From: a virus | Taxonomy: Duplodnaviria > Heunggongvirae > Uroviricota > Caudoviricetes | Strand: one strand, 5' to 3' | IMG/VR virus record: IMGVR_UViG_2778261085_000007 | Coordinates: 1-9,274 of that record | DNA: 9,274 nucleotides | Shown: piece after piece, positions 1-7,697 of the stretch | How positions within the stretch are numbered: position 1 is the first letter of the stretch | Layout of the letters: every line of letters starts with the position of its first letter | The notes under the pieces: generated by a model | What the model was told of the DNA's origin: nothing | Database searches by the model: none | The model's input: only the letters and a program-made list of their open reading frames with translations | Position numbers and translations under genes: made by a program

Positions 1-147
1 CTGGTTAAGGATATCTTCAGTGGTAAATGCACGGAATGTTATTCCCGGACATATGAAGTGGATGCCACGGATGAAGAAATTTCTGTTGAATGTGATCTTA
101 ACGCGAATATGGCGGAGATTGTAACAGCCACGTTGTTGCCTGTTTAA
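1..147 (+). CDS. 3' end of an unidentified ORF (C-terminal 48 codons, LVKDIFSGKCTECYSRTYEVDATDEEISVECDLNANMAEIVTATLLPV*), 5' end outside window
   Basis: Frame 1 is open from position 1 to TAA at 145-147; contains a CxxC pair. No homolog recognised. Absent from the ORF track because its start is outside the window. Confidence 0.3.
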   Translation: MVKDIFSGKCTECYSRTYEVDATDEEISVECDLNANMAEIVTATLLPV

Positions 148-174
148 TGAATGACAGGTGTTCTCATTTGTACG

Positions 175-181
175 GGTCCTT
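175..181 (+). other. cosQ-like element (GGGTCCT) about 22 bp upstream of cosN
   Basis: Segment tacGGGTCCTtccgg at 172-185 matches the conserved motif near the lambda right end at the equivalent distance from cosN (from memory of lambda). Confidence 0.5.
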
Positions 182-202
182 CCGGAGAGGGGGATAACCA
201 CG

Positions 203-214
203 GGGCGGCAGCGG
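203..214 (+). other. cosN, predicted terminase nicking site / 12-nt cohesive end (gggcggcagcgg)
   Basis: acg|gggcggcagcgg|cgcggattttcgctatttatgaaaat aligns with lambda acg|GGGCGGCGACCT|CGCGGGTTTTCGCTATTTATGAAAAT; lies 188 bp upstream of the nu1 ATG, as in lambda. Exact nick positions are inferred by homology only. Confidence 0.65.
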
Positions 215-390
215 CGCGGATTTTCGCTATTTATGAAAATTTTTCGGGGAAAAGTGTGTCGGTACTTCTCGTGTGTAACTCATTGTTTTTTCATCAATCA
301 CATCCGTAAAAGGTCCGACATGAAAGTGCCCGAAAAAGACGTTTTTGAGCACTTCCATGTCGGACCCTGCATTTGATATGGAAATGTTTT
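215..390 (+). promoter_or_regulatory. cosB, terminase small-subunit binding region with three R-like elements
   Basis: Inverted repeat ggtccgacatg (312-322) / catgtcggacc (356-366), plus a related same-orientation copy gtgtcggtac (256-265). Spacing from cosN (+53, +109, +153) matches lambda R3, R2, R1. An A/T-rich T6-containing spacer at 280-300 sits where lambda has the IHF site I1. Confidence 0.55.
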
Positions 391-939
391 ATGAAGGTTA
401 ATAAAAAGAAGCTCGCGGAAATTTTCAACGTGGATCCACGAACGATTGAACGCTGGCAGTCTCAGGGGCTCTCTTGTGTCTCTGGTGGTAGTAAGGGGGT
501 TGAATCTGTATTTGATACCGCCATGGCAATTCAGTGGTATGCGCAGCGCGAAGCCGATATTGAAAACGAAAAACTCCGCAAAGAGACCGAGGATTTGCGT
601 GCGGCTGCGGAATCAGATTTACAACCCGGCACCATTGACTATGAGCGCTACCGACTCACAAAAGCACAGGCTGATGCACAGGAACTGAAAAATGCCCGCG
701 AAGAAGGGCTGGTACTGGAAACGGAATTGTTTACCTTCATTCTGCAACGTGTGGCACAGGAGATTTCGGGGATACTTGTACGTGTGCCGCTGACATTACA
801 GCGTAAATATCCGGATATTTCACCGTCACACCTTGATGTGGTGAAAACTGAAATCGCAAAAGCCTCCAACGTTGCAGCTAAAGCTGGTGAGAACGTAGGC
901 GGGTGGATTGATGATTTCAGACGCACAGAAGGCAGCTAA
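391..939 (+). CDS. nu1: Terminase small subunit (gpNu1-like), 182 aa
   Basis: [27 protein letters not shown]... aligns with lambda gpNu1 (MEVNKKQLADIFGASIRTIQNWQEQGM...) over its whole length, including the N-terminal winged-HTH. ATG at 391 chosen over the ORF-track TTG at 373 because it matches the lambda N-terminus. Confidence 0.92.
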   Translation: MKVNKKKLAEIFNVDPRTIERWQSQGLSCVSGGSKGVESVFDTAMAIQWYAQREADIENEKLRKETEDLRAAAESDLQPGTIDYERYRLTKAQADAQELKNAREEGLVLETELFTFILQRVAQEISGILVRVPLTLQRKYPDISPSHLDVVKTEIAKASNVAAKAGENVGGWIDDFRRTEGS

Positions 940-2827
940 TGCAGCCGGTGCGATAGCAACAGGGCTTGTATCTCTCAATATTCCGGTACCACTGACGACA
1001 GTTCAGTGGGCTGATAAGCATTATTATCTGCCAAAAGAGTCTTCATATACTCCCGGGCAATGGGAAACACTGCCGTTTCAGGTTGCCATCATGAACAGCA
1101 TGGGGAATGACCGGATCCGCACCGTTAATCTGATTAAATCGGCGCGTGTTGGTTACACCAAAATGCTGTTGGGGGTGGAGGCTTATTTTATTGAACACAA
1201 ATCCCGTAACAGCCTGCTTTTTCAGCCGACAGATTCTGCGGCAGAAGATTTTATGAAATCCCATGTCGAACCAACGATAAGAGACGTTCCTGTATTACTG
1301 GAGCTGGCTCCGTGGTTTGGCAGAAAACATCGGGACAACACGCTTACCCTGAAACGTTTCTCCTCCGGTGTGGGATTCTGGTGTCTGGGCGGAGCTGCTG
1401 CCAAAAACTACCGTGAAAAATCTGTGGATGTGGTCTGCTATGACGAACTCTCCTCGTTTGAACCGGATGTGGAAAAAGAAGGCTCACCAACCCTGCTTGG
1501 CGATAAGCGTATCGAAGGTTCGGTATGGCCTAAATCCATACGCGGCTCAACGCCCAAAATTAAAGGATTTTGCCAGATTGAAAAAGCCGCGAACGAATCT
1601 GCACATTTTATGCGGTTTTATGTGCCATGCCCTCATTGTGGTGAAGCCCAGTATCTGAAGTTTGGCGATGATGCGACAACCTTTGGCCTGAAATGGGAGA
1701 AGGGCAAGCCGGAGACGGTGTATTACCTGTGTGAACATAATGGCTGTGTGATCCGTCAGTCGGAACTTGACCAGACCGACGGGCGGTGGATTTGTGACAA
1801 TACCGGGATGTGGACGCGTGACGGTCTGACATTTTACAGCGCCGGTGATGAGGAAATCCCGCCACCGCGCTCAATCTCGTACCACATCTGGACGGCATAC
1901 AGCCCGTTCACCACCTGGGTACAGATTGTTTATGACTGGCTTGATGCACTGAAGGATCCGAATGGCGTCAAGACGTTCATTAACACCACGCTGGGGGAGC
2001 CTTATGAAGAGGCTGTGGCAGAAAAACTGAGCTTTGAGTTGTTGCTGGAAAAAGTCTGCCACTATGATGCGCAGGTTCCCCTGCGGGTGGTTTACCTGAC
2101 CGCAGGGATCGACTCTCAGAAAAACCGTTATGAGATTTATGTCTGGGGCTGGGCTCCTGGCGAAGAAGCTTTTCTGATTGACAAGCAGATCATCATGGGG
2201 AGACCGGAAGATGAGGACACCCTTAAACGCGTTGATGCCGTGATCCGGAAAAAATACCGTCATGCAGATGGCACTGAAATTTCCATTTCCCGCGTCTGCT
2301 GGGATACCGGTGGTATTGACCAGGACATTGTGTATCAGCGATCCAGAAAACACGGCACTTTTTTTGTGCTCCCCATCAAAGGGGCGTCGGTGTACGGCAA
2401 GCCGGTGATCACCATGCCAAAAAAGCGAAACCAGCGTGGTGTGTTTTTGTGTGAGGTGGGTTCCGATACCGTCAAGGAAATGCTGTATGCGCGTTTTGCC
2501 CTGCCGGTGGTATCTGCCAGTGAAGTCGCACCGTATACCTTCCGTTTTCCGGATAACCCTGACATTTTTTCTGATGTTGAAGCTAAACAACTCGTGGCAG
2601 AAGAGCTGGTTGAAAAAGTTGTGAACGGGCGGGTGAAACTCCAGTGGGATGCCAGAAAACGGCGTAATGAAGCCCTGGACTGTCTGGTGTATGCCTATGC
2701 AGCGCTGCGCATTTCCGTTCAGCGGTGGCAACTGGATCTGGATGCACTGGCCCGCGCCAGAAGAGATGAACAGGACGACGATGAAATGACTATTGAAGAA
2801 ATCGCGGCTGCTCTGAGTGGAGGATAA
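911..2827 (+). CDS. A: Terminase large subunit (gpA-like), 638 aa
   Basis: Full-length alignment with lambda gpA; Walker A segment KSARVGYTK (nt 1136-1162) at the same residue positions as lambda KSARVGYSK; conserved CPHCGE and [13 protein letters not shown] segments. Start overlaps the nu1 3' end as in lambda. ATG 911 preferred over TTG 908. Confidence 0.95.
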   Translation: MISDAQKAANAAGAIATGLVSLNIPVPLTTVQWADKHYYLPKESSYTPGQWETLPFQVAIMNSMGNDRIRTVNLIKSARVGYTKMLLGVEAYFIEHKSRNSLLFQPTDSAAEDFMKSHVEPTIRDVPVLLELAPWFGRKHRDNTLTLKRFSSGVGFWCLGGAAAKNYREKSVDVVCYDELSSFEPDVEKEGSPTLLGDKRIEGSVWPKSIRGSTPKIKGFCQIEKAANESAHFMRFYVPCPHCGEAQYLKFGDDATTFGLKWEKGKPETVYYLCEHNGCVIRQSELDQTDGRWICDNTGMWTRDGLTFYSAGDEEIPPPRSISYHIWTAYSPFTTWVQIVYDWLDALKDPNGVKTFINTTLGEPYEEAVAEKLSFELLLEKVCHYDAQVPLRVVYLTAGIDSQKNRYEIYVWGWAPGEEAFLIDKQIIMGRPEDEDTLKRVDAVIRKKYRHADGTEISISRVCWDTGGIDQDIVYQRSRKHGTFFVLPIKGASVYGKPVITMPKKRNQRGVFLCEVGSDTVKEMLYARFALPVVSASEVAPYTFRFPDNPDIFSDVEAKQLVAEELVEKVVNGRVKLQWDARKRRNEALDCLVYAYAALRISVQRWQLDLDALARARRDEQDDDEMTIEEIAAALSGG

Positions 2828-2853
2828 GTGATGATTTATACGCATGAAATGCT

Positions 2854-3045
2854 ATGCGATGCGATGCCCGCCGGGCGTTACATGAACTGATGATCGGACG
2901 TGCTGTGGTTTCCGTCAGCAAGGACGGGCGTCAGGTTCAGTATTCGCGGGCGACAATTGGTGAACTGCGTCAGTATATTGAAGAGCTGGAAAGTGCGCTG
3001 GGTGTATCCGGACGGCGTCGTGGCCCGGCAGGAGTGTGGCTGTGA
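2854..3045 (+). CDS. W: Head-tail joining / head completion protein (gpW-like), 63 aa as written
   Basis: ...ARRALHELMIGRAVVSVSKDGRQVQYSRATIGELRQYIEELESALGVSGRRRGPAGVWL aligns with lambda gpW (...[59 protein letters not shown]). The ATG at 2854 has no Shine-Dalgarno; an SD-linked ATG at 2831 is out of frame (see findings). Confidence 0.75.
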   Translation: MRCDARRALHELMIGRAVVSVSKDGRQVQYSRATIGELRQYIEELESALGVSGRRRGPAGVWL

Positions 3046-4613
3046 ACGGTGAACTGGTGGATATTCATGGGCAGCCTTTACGGCAAAGCATGGGATATTC
3101 TGGTGGTGGTTCCGGGTTCGGTGGGCAAATGGCAGAATGGCTGCCTGCACCGGAAAGTGCCGACGTGGCGCTCTTACCTTCCATTCATCTGGGTAACGCC
3201 CGCGCGGATGATCTGGTCCGTAACAACGGTATTGCATCGAATGCAGTGGAAATTCATAAGGATCATATTGTCGGGCACATGTTTCGTCTGAGTTACCGTC
3301 CCAACTGGCGCTGGCTGGGGATGTCGGAAGCAGATTCACATGCTTTTATTGAAGATGTTGAGGCGGCGTGGATGGAATACTGCGATCCGGTGTTTGGTAC
3401 GATGGATGTAGAAGGGCGTCGTTCGTTTACCGAATTCATTCGTGAAGGGGTGGGGGTCCATACGTTTAACGGTGAAATTTTTGTCCAGCCCGTATGGGAT
3501 GCGGAATCCACGTCATTATTCCGGACGAAATTCAAAACCATCAGCCCGAAGCGTGTCAGTACACCCGGTTATGGTACCGGCGATCGTTTTATGCGTGCCG
3601 GGGTGGAAATAAACCGACACGGAAAAGCGCTGGCCTACCATGTTCAGGATGATGACTGGCCCGGCTACGGTGTCAGTAAATGGACACGAATTACGGCAAC
3701 ACTGCCTTCCGGACGACCGGGAATGATCCATGTGTTTCAGCCACAGGAAGACGGGCAGACCCGCGGGGCCAACCAGTTTTATTCTGTAATGGAGCGTCTC
3801 AAGATGCTCGACACACTGCAGGCCACGCAACTGCAGTCGGCGGTGGTTCGCGCCATGTATGCCGCCACGATTGAATCCACACTGGATTCGGAAAAAGCGT
3901 TTGAATATATCGCCGGGGTGGGAGATGGAGGTAAAAATCCCCTGAACACCATCATGAAAGGCTACGCGCGTTATTACGCCACCAATACGGTAAAACTGGG
4001 CGGGGTCCGTATTCCGCATCTTTACCCGGGAGATTCACTGAATCTGCAGACAGCCCAGAATGCGGATAATGGTTTTTCTGAACTGGAAAAGGCGCTGTTA
4101 CGTTACATTGCTGCCGGACTGGGTGTGTCGTATGAGCAGCTTTCCCGGGATTATTCACAGGTCAGTTATTCCAGTGCCAGGGCATCCGCCAATGAGTCGT
4201 GGCGGTATTTTATGGGAAAACGAAAATTTGTGGCCAGTCGCCTGGCGTCACAGATGTTTGCCTGCTGGCTGGAGGAAGCCCTTATTCGTGGTGTGATCCG
4301 TCCGCCGAAATCCCGTTTCTCATTCTGGGAGGCTCGTTCCGGGTGGTGCCGTGCCGAGTGGATTGGTGCCGGTCGTATGGCGATTGATGGCCTTAAGGAA
4401 GTGCAGGAAGCGGTGATGCGCATTGAAGGCGGCCTGAGTACATACGAGAAAGAGCTGGCCCTGATGGGGGATGACTATCAGGAGATTTTCCGCCAGCAGC
4501 TACGGGAAACTCAGGAGCGACAGGCTGCCGGTCTTCCGCGTCCGGTCTGGATAAAGGACGCGTTTCAACAGCAGATCCGACAGACAACGGGAGAAAAAGG
4601 CGATGCGCTGTAA
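3042..4613 (+). CDS. B: Portal protein (gpB-like), about 523 aa
   Basis: Full-length alignment with lambda gpB (GGGSGFGG, NARADDLVRNNG, QTRGAN, LLRYIAAGLGVSYEQLSR, GRMAIDGLKEVQEAVM and more). GTG at 3042 overlaps the W stop as GTGA (lambda has ATGA at this junction) with AGGAG 7 nt upstream; in-frame GTG at 3036 is an alternative start. Confidence 0.93.
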   Translation: MNGELVDIHGQPLRQSMGYSGGGSGFGGQMAEWLPAPESADVALLPSIHLGNARADDLVRNNGIASNAVEIHKDHIVGHMFRLSYRPNWRWLGMSEADSHAFIEDVEAAWMEYCDPVFGTMDVEGRRSFTEFIREGVGVHTFNGEIFVQPVWDAESTSLFRTKFKTISPKRVSTPGYGTGDRFMRAGVEINRHGKALAYHVQDDDWPGYGVSKWTRITATLPSGRPGMIHVFQPQEDGQTRGANQFYSVMERLKMLDTLQATQLQSAVVRAMYAATIESTLDSEKAFEYIAGVGDGGKNPLNTIMKGYARYYATNTVKLGGVRIPHLYPGDSLNLQTAQNADNGFSELEKALLRYIAAGLGVSYEQLSRDYSQVSYSSARASANESWRYFMGKRKFVASRLASQMFACWLEEALIRGVIRPPKSRFSFWEARSGWCRAEWIGAGRMAIDGLKEVQEAVMRIEGGLSTYEKELALMGDDYQEIFRQQLRETQERQAAGLPRPVWIKDAFQQQIRQTTGEKGDAL

Positions 4614-6219
4614 TTTATCACATATTGCCGCGATGGCATTTAATGAGCCGCTTTTACTGGAACCCGCCTATGCGCGGGTTTTCTTTTGCGCACTGGGTAA
4701 GGAGATGGGGGCGGGCAGCCTTGCCGTTCCGCAGCAGGCCGTTCAGCTTGACGCCGATGGTATGCAGCTGGCGGTTACCGATTATATGACTGGTGGTCCG
4801 CGTCCGGTAAAGAGTTACCAGGTGAAAAATGGTATTGCCATTCTGCCGGTGAGCGGCACGCTGGTACATAAAATGGGTACCCTGCGGCCATATTCCGGTA
4901 TGACCGGTTATGACGGTCTGACTGCCCGTCTTAAGTCAGCGGTGAACGACCCGGATGTACGCGGCATTTTACTGGATATCGACAGTCCGGGCGGTCAGGC
5001 TGCCGGGGCGTTTGACTGTGCTGACATGATTTACCGTCTGCGGGAACAGAAGCCCGTGTGGGCGCTGTGTAATGACATGGCCTGTTCAGCCGCCATGTTG
5101 CTGGCGGCGGCCTGTACGCGTCGGCTGGTCACGCAGACGGCAAAAATTGGTTCGATTGGTGTGATGATGGCGCACACCAGTTACGAGAAACAACTGGCAC
5201 AGGAAGGCGTGGATATCACGCTGATTTACTCCGGGCAGCACAAGGTTGACGGCAACAGTATTCAGGCATTGCCGACAGGTGTGCGTGCGGATTTTCAGCG
5301 CCGTATTGATGAGGCCCGCCGGATGTTTGTCGACAAGGTGGCACTTTATACGGGGCTGAGTTCAGAGGTGGTGATGAATACCGAGGCTGCCGTTTATGAC
5401 GGTCAGGCAGGCATTGATACAGGCCTGGCTGATCAACTGATTAATGCTGCAGATGCCGTTGATGTAATGGTTTCTGCTCTGAACGACTCTGTTACACAGG
5501 AGAATACGATGACAACAAAAAATCTCACCGTTGCTGAAGCGGTGTCCCAGGAAAATCAGCGCGTGATGGGGATCCTGAATTGTCAGGAGGCGAAAGGACG
5601 CGAAAAACTGGCGCAGATGCTGGCAGGTCAGCAGGGAATGTCAGTTGAGCAGGCAAAAACATTACTGGCGGCAGCACCGGTTGCCGGTACTGACAGCACA
5701 GGCAATCAGATTGTGGCACTTCCGGAAGCAAAAGGACGTGAACAACTGGCACGGACGCTGGCTGAACAGCCGGGAATGACGGTGGAGCAGGCGAAAACGT
5801 TACTGGCAGCGGCACCGGTTGCCGGTGCGGCAAGTACCGGCGAGCAGATTATGGCACTTCCGGAAGCAAAAGGGCGTGAACAACTCGCACAGGCGCTGGC
5901 TGAACAGCCTGGAATGACGGTGGAACAGGCGAAAATGCTACTGGCAGCGGCACCGGAAACCGGTACGGCAAGTACCAGCGATCAAATTATTGCGTTGCCG
6001 GAAGCAAAAGGACGCGAAAAACTGGCACAGGCGCTGGCTGAACAACCGGGAATGACAGTGGAGCAGGCGAAAACGCTGCTGGCAGCTGCGCCATCAGTAT
6101 CGCAACCGTCACAGGTAACACTTTTTGAGCGCTTCATGGCACAGCATGCCGCCAGTGCCGTTTCCGGTGGCGGAACTGCCGGGAACGGGGAAGAAGAACT
6201 GCTGATGAGTATGCCGTAA
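4603..6219 (+). CDS. C: Prohead protease (gpC-like, S49/ClpP-fold family) with a repeat-expanded C-terminal scaffolding domain, 538 aa
   Basis: HIAAMAFNEPLLLEPAYARVFFCAL..., PVSGTL, PYSGMTGY, LTQTAKIGSIGVMMAH and LIYSGQHKVDGN align with lambda gpC. ATG 4603 is preceded by a purine-rich Shine-Dalgarno-like run (GGGAGA, 4589-4594) and overlaps the B stop by 11 nt. About 100 aa longer than lambda gpC because of the tandem repeat. Confidence 0.93.
   Translation: MRCNLSHIAAMAFNEPLLLEPAYARVFFCALGKEMGAGSLAVPQQAVQLDADGMQLAVTDYMTGGPRPVKSYQVKNGIAILPVSGTLVHKMGTLRPYSGMTGYDGLTARLKSAVNDPDVRGILLDIDSPGGQAAGAFDCADMIYRLREQKPVWALCNDMACSAAMLLAAACTRRLVTQTAKIGSIGVMMAHTSYEKQLAQEGVDITLIYSGQHKVDGNSIQALPTGVRADFQRRIDEARRMFVDKVALYTGLSSEVVMNTEAAVYDGQAGIDTGLADQLINAADAVDVMVSALNDSVTQENTMTTKNLTVAEAVSQENQRVMGILNCQEAKGREKLAQMLAGQQGMSVEQAKTLLAAAPVAGTDSTGNQIVALPEAKGREQLARTLAEQPGMTVEQAKTLLAAAPVAGAASTGEQIMALPEAKGREQLAQALAEQPGMTVEQAKMLLAAAPETGTASTSDQIIALPEAKGREKLAQALAEQPGMTVEQAKTLLAAAPSVSQPSQVTLFERFMAQHAASAVSGGGTAGNGEEELLMSMP
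5509..6219 (+). CDS. nu3: Scaffolding protein (gpNu3-like), nested in frame within the 3' part of C, 236 aa
   Basis: Internal in-frame ATG at 5509 preceded by AGGAG (5498-5502) with a 6-nt spacer; product MTTKNLTVAEAVSQENQRVMGILNCQEAKGRE... aligns with lambda Nu3 (MTKETQ...AAENSRIMGILNCEEAHGREEQ...). Lambda has the same nested in-frame arrangement. Confidence 0.7.
   Translation: MTTKNLTVAEAVSQENQRVMGILNCQEAKGREKLAQMLAGQQGMSVEQAKTLLAAAPVAGTDSTGNQIVALPEAKGREQLARTLAEQPGMTVEQAKTLLAAAPVAGAASTGEQIMALPEAKGREQLAQALAEQPGMTVEQAKMLLAAAPETGTASTSDQIIALPEAKGREKLAQALAEQPGMTVEQAKTLLAAAPSVSQPSQVTLFERFMAQHAASAVSGGGTAGNGEEELLMSMP
5587..6093 (+). repeat. In-frame tandem repeat, 138-bp unit (46 aa), 3 full copies plus 1 partial
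   Basis: Units start at 5587, 5725, 5863 and 6001 (partial, 93 bp). Each encodes EAKGRE(K/Q)LA..LA(E/G)Q(P/Q)GM(T/S)VEQAK(T/M)LLAAAP..G..ST..QI.ALP. Copies differ at many synonymous positions, so the duplication is not very recent. Confidence 0.9.
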
Positions 6220-6259
6220 GCGGGGATCCGTGATTCAGATAAATCAGGAGACTGAGAAA

Positions 6260-6595
6260 ATGATTAAAACCACCACAGAAAAGCGCGCGGACGGGCGCAT
6301 TTTTGCCGGAAGCGATCCGGTATATACCGCAACAGGTACCAGTGGTATCAGTGCTGCCACGCCTTCACTGACGCCACTGATGCTGGATGACGCCAGCGGA
6401 AAACTGGTGGCATGGGATGGTCAGAAAGCCGGAACGGCTGTGGGGGTGCTGGTACTGGCGCTGGCCGGGACCGAGCCCACACTGACGTACTACAAAAGCG
6501 GTACGTTTGCCACCGAATCGCTGGTCTGGCCGGATTCGGTGGATGCGGTGAAAAAAGCCAACGCGTTTGTGGGAAGTGCCATCAGCCACGCCTGA
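6260..6595 (+). CDS. D: Head decoration protein (gpD-like), 111 aa
   Basis: ...TPLMLDDASGKLVAWDGQKAGTAVGVL...LTYYKSGTFATESLVWP...ANAFVGSAIS aligns with lambda gpD (...[27 protein letters not shown]...LTFYKSGTFRYEDVLWP...RTAFAGTAIS). ATG 6260 with AGGAG at 6246-6250 preferred over the ORF-track GTG at 6230. Confidence 0.88.
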   Translation: MIKTTTEKRADGRIFAGSDPVYTATGTSGISAATPSLTPLMLDDASGKLVAWDGQKAGTAVGVLVLALAGTEPTLTYYKSGTFATESLVWPDSVDAVKKANAFVGSAISHA

Positions 6596-6617
6596 TGGTG
6601 AAGTGATTAACTGAAAA

Positions 6618-6649
6618 AACGGGTCGTGATGCGGCCCGTTTGTGTTTTT
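6618..6649 (+). terminator. Stem-loop plus U-tract between D and E (possible partial terminator or RNA-stability element)
   Basis: aacgggtcg (6618-6626), loop tgatg, cggcccgtt (6632-6640), then tgtgttttt. Lambda has a hairpin plus T-run at the same D-E junction. Confidence 0.4.
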
Positions 6650-6664
6650 AAAGGAAAGTCAATT

Positions 6665-7693
6665 ATGGGGTTATTTACCACGCGTCAGTTGCTCGGCTAC
6701 ACCGAGCAGAAAGTGAAATTCCGTGCGCTGTTTCTGGAGCTGTTTTTTCGTCGTACGGTCACTTTCCATACTCAGGAAGTGATGCTGGATAAAATCACCG
6801 GAAAAACACCGGTTGCGGCATATGTGTCTCCGGTTGTGTCAGGTAAGGTACTGCGCAGTCGTGGTGGTGAAACCCGCGTGTTACGCCCCGGCTATGTTAA
6901 ACCAAAACACCGGCTGGATTATCAGCAGGCGGTGGAGCGTCTTCCTGGGGAAGATCCGGCCCGTCTTAATGACCCGGCCTACCGTCGTCTGCGTATTCTG
7001 ACTGACAACCTGAAACAGGAAGAACAGGCGATTGTGCAGGTGGAAGAAATGCAGGCGGTAAGCGCTGTTCTTCAGGGTCGGTACACCATGAGCGGAGAAC
7101 AGTTTGAGACGGTGGAAGTGGATTTTGGACGTTCTGCCACCAATAACATTACGCAGGCAGAGGGACGCAAATGGTCAGAACAGAATTCTGACACCTTTGA
7201 TCCGACGCATGATCTGGATGCGTACTGCGATTTTGCTTCCGGTACCATCAATATTGCGATTATGGACGGTACTGTCTGGCGTATGCTGAACGGTTTTAAG
7301 CTGTTTCGTGAAAAACTGGATACCCGCCGTGGCTCAAAATCTGAACTGGAAACCGCGCTGAAAGATCTGGGTTCCGTGGTTTCTTTTAAAGGTTATTACG
7401 GTGATCTGGCCATCATGGTGGCGAAAACAACGTATGTTGATGAAAACGGGGATGAGCAGCGTTATCTGCCGGAAGGCACACTGATTCTTGGAAACACTCA
7501 GGTGGAGGGTGTCCGTTGTTATGGCGCAATCCAGGATAACCAGGCGCTGAGTGAAGGGATCACCTCTGCAATTCGTTATCCGAAACACTGGTTAGAGGTG
7601 GGGGACCCGGGGTGCGAATATACCATGACGCAGTCTGCGCCGTTGATGGTGTTGCCGGATCCGGACGCGTTTGTGGTGGTTCAGGTGAAATAA
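6665..7693 (+). CDS. E: Major capsid protein (gpE-like), 342 aa
   Basis: Full-length alignment with lambda gpE (YVSPVVSGKV-RSRGG, PGYVKPKH, DPAYRR, VEEMQAVSAVL, KLDTRRGS-SELETA-KDLG, GNTQ, TMTQSAPLM). ATG 6665 with AAGGAAAG upstream; the ORF-track start at 6626 adds a non-homologous leader. Confidence 0.95.
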   Translation: MGLFTTRQLLGYTEQKVKFRALFLELFFRRTVTFHTQEVMLDKITGKTPVAAYVSPVVSGKVLRSRGGETRVLRPGYVKPKHRLDYQQAVERLPGEDPARLNDPAYRRLRILTDNLKQEEQAIVQVEEMQAVSAVLQGRYTMSGEQFETVEVDFGRSATNNITQAEGRKWSEQNSDTFDPTHDLDAYCDFASGTINIAIMDGTVWRMLNGFKLFREKLDTRRGSKSELETALKDLGSVVSFKGYYGDLAIMVAKTTYVDENGDEQRYLPEGTLILGNTQVEGVRCYGAIQDNQALSEGITSAIRYPKHWLEVGDPGCEYTMTQSAPLMVLPDPDAFVVVQVK

Positions 7694-7697
7694 GGTC

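Noticed and set aside
158-376. 72-aa ORF from the six-frame track spanning cosQ/cosN/cosB
   Set aside because: It crosses the cos cleavage site and the cosB repeats, has no convincing RBS, and resembles no known protein. The region is explained by packaging signals conserved with lambda.
446-688. 80-aa alternative-frame ORF inside nu1
   Set aside because: Out of frame with the Nu1 homolog and with no homology of its own; likely spurious.
1871-2845. 324-aa ORF on the minus strand, antisense to the large terminase gene
   Set aside because: Fully embedded opposite a strongly conserved gpA coding region; the product is low-complexity (His/Phe/Asn-rich) with no recognisable domain. Long antisense ORFs are common by chance at this GC content.
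3516-4019. 167-aa minus-strand ORF antisense to the portal gene
   Set aside because: Same reasoning: shadow ORF opposite a conserved gene, no RBS or homology.
5525-5833. 102-aa minus-strand ORF (Pro/Leu-rich) inside the repeat region
   Set aside because: An artefact of the tandem repeat read on the opposite strand; the + strand frame carries the conserved Nu3/C sequence.
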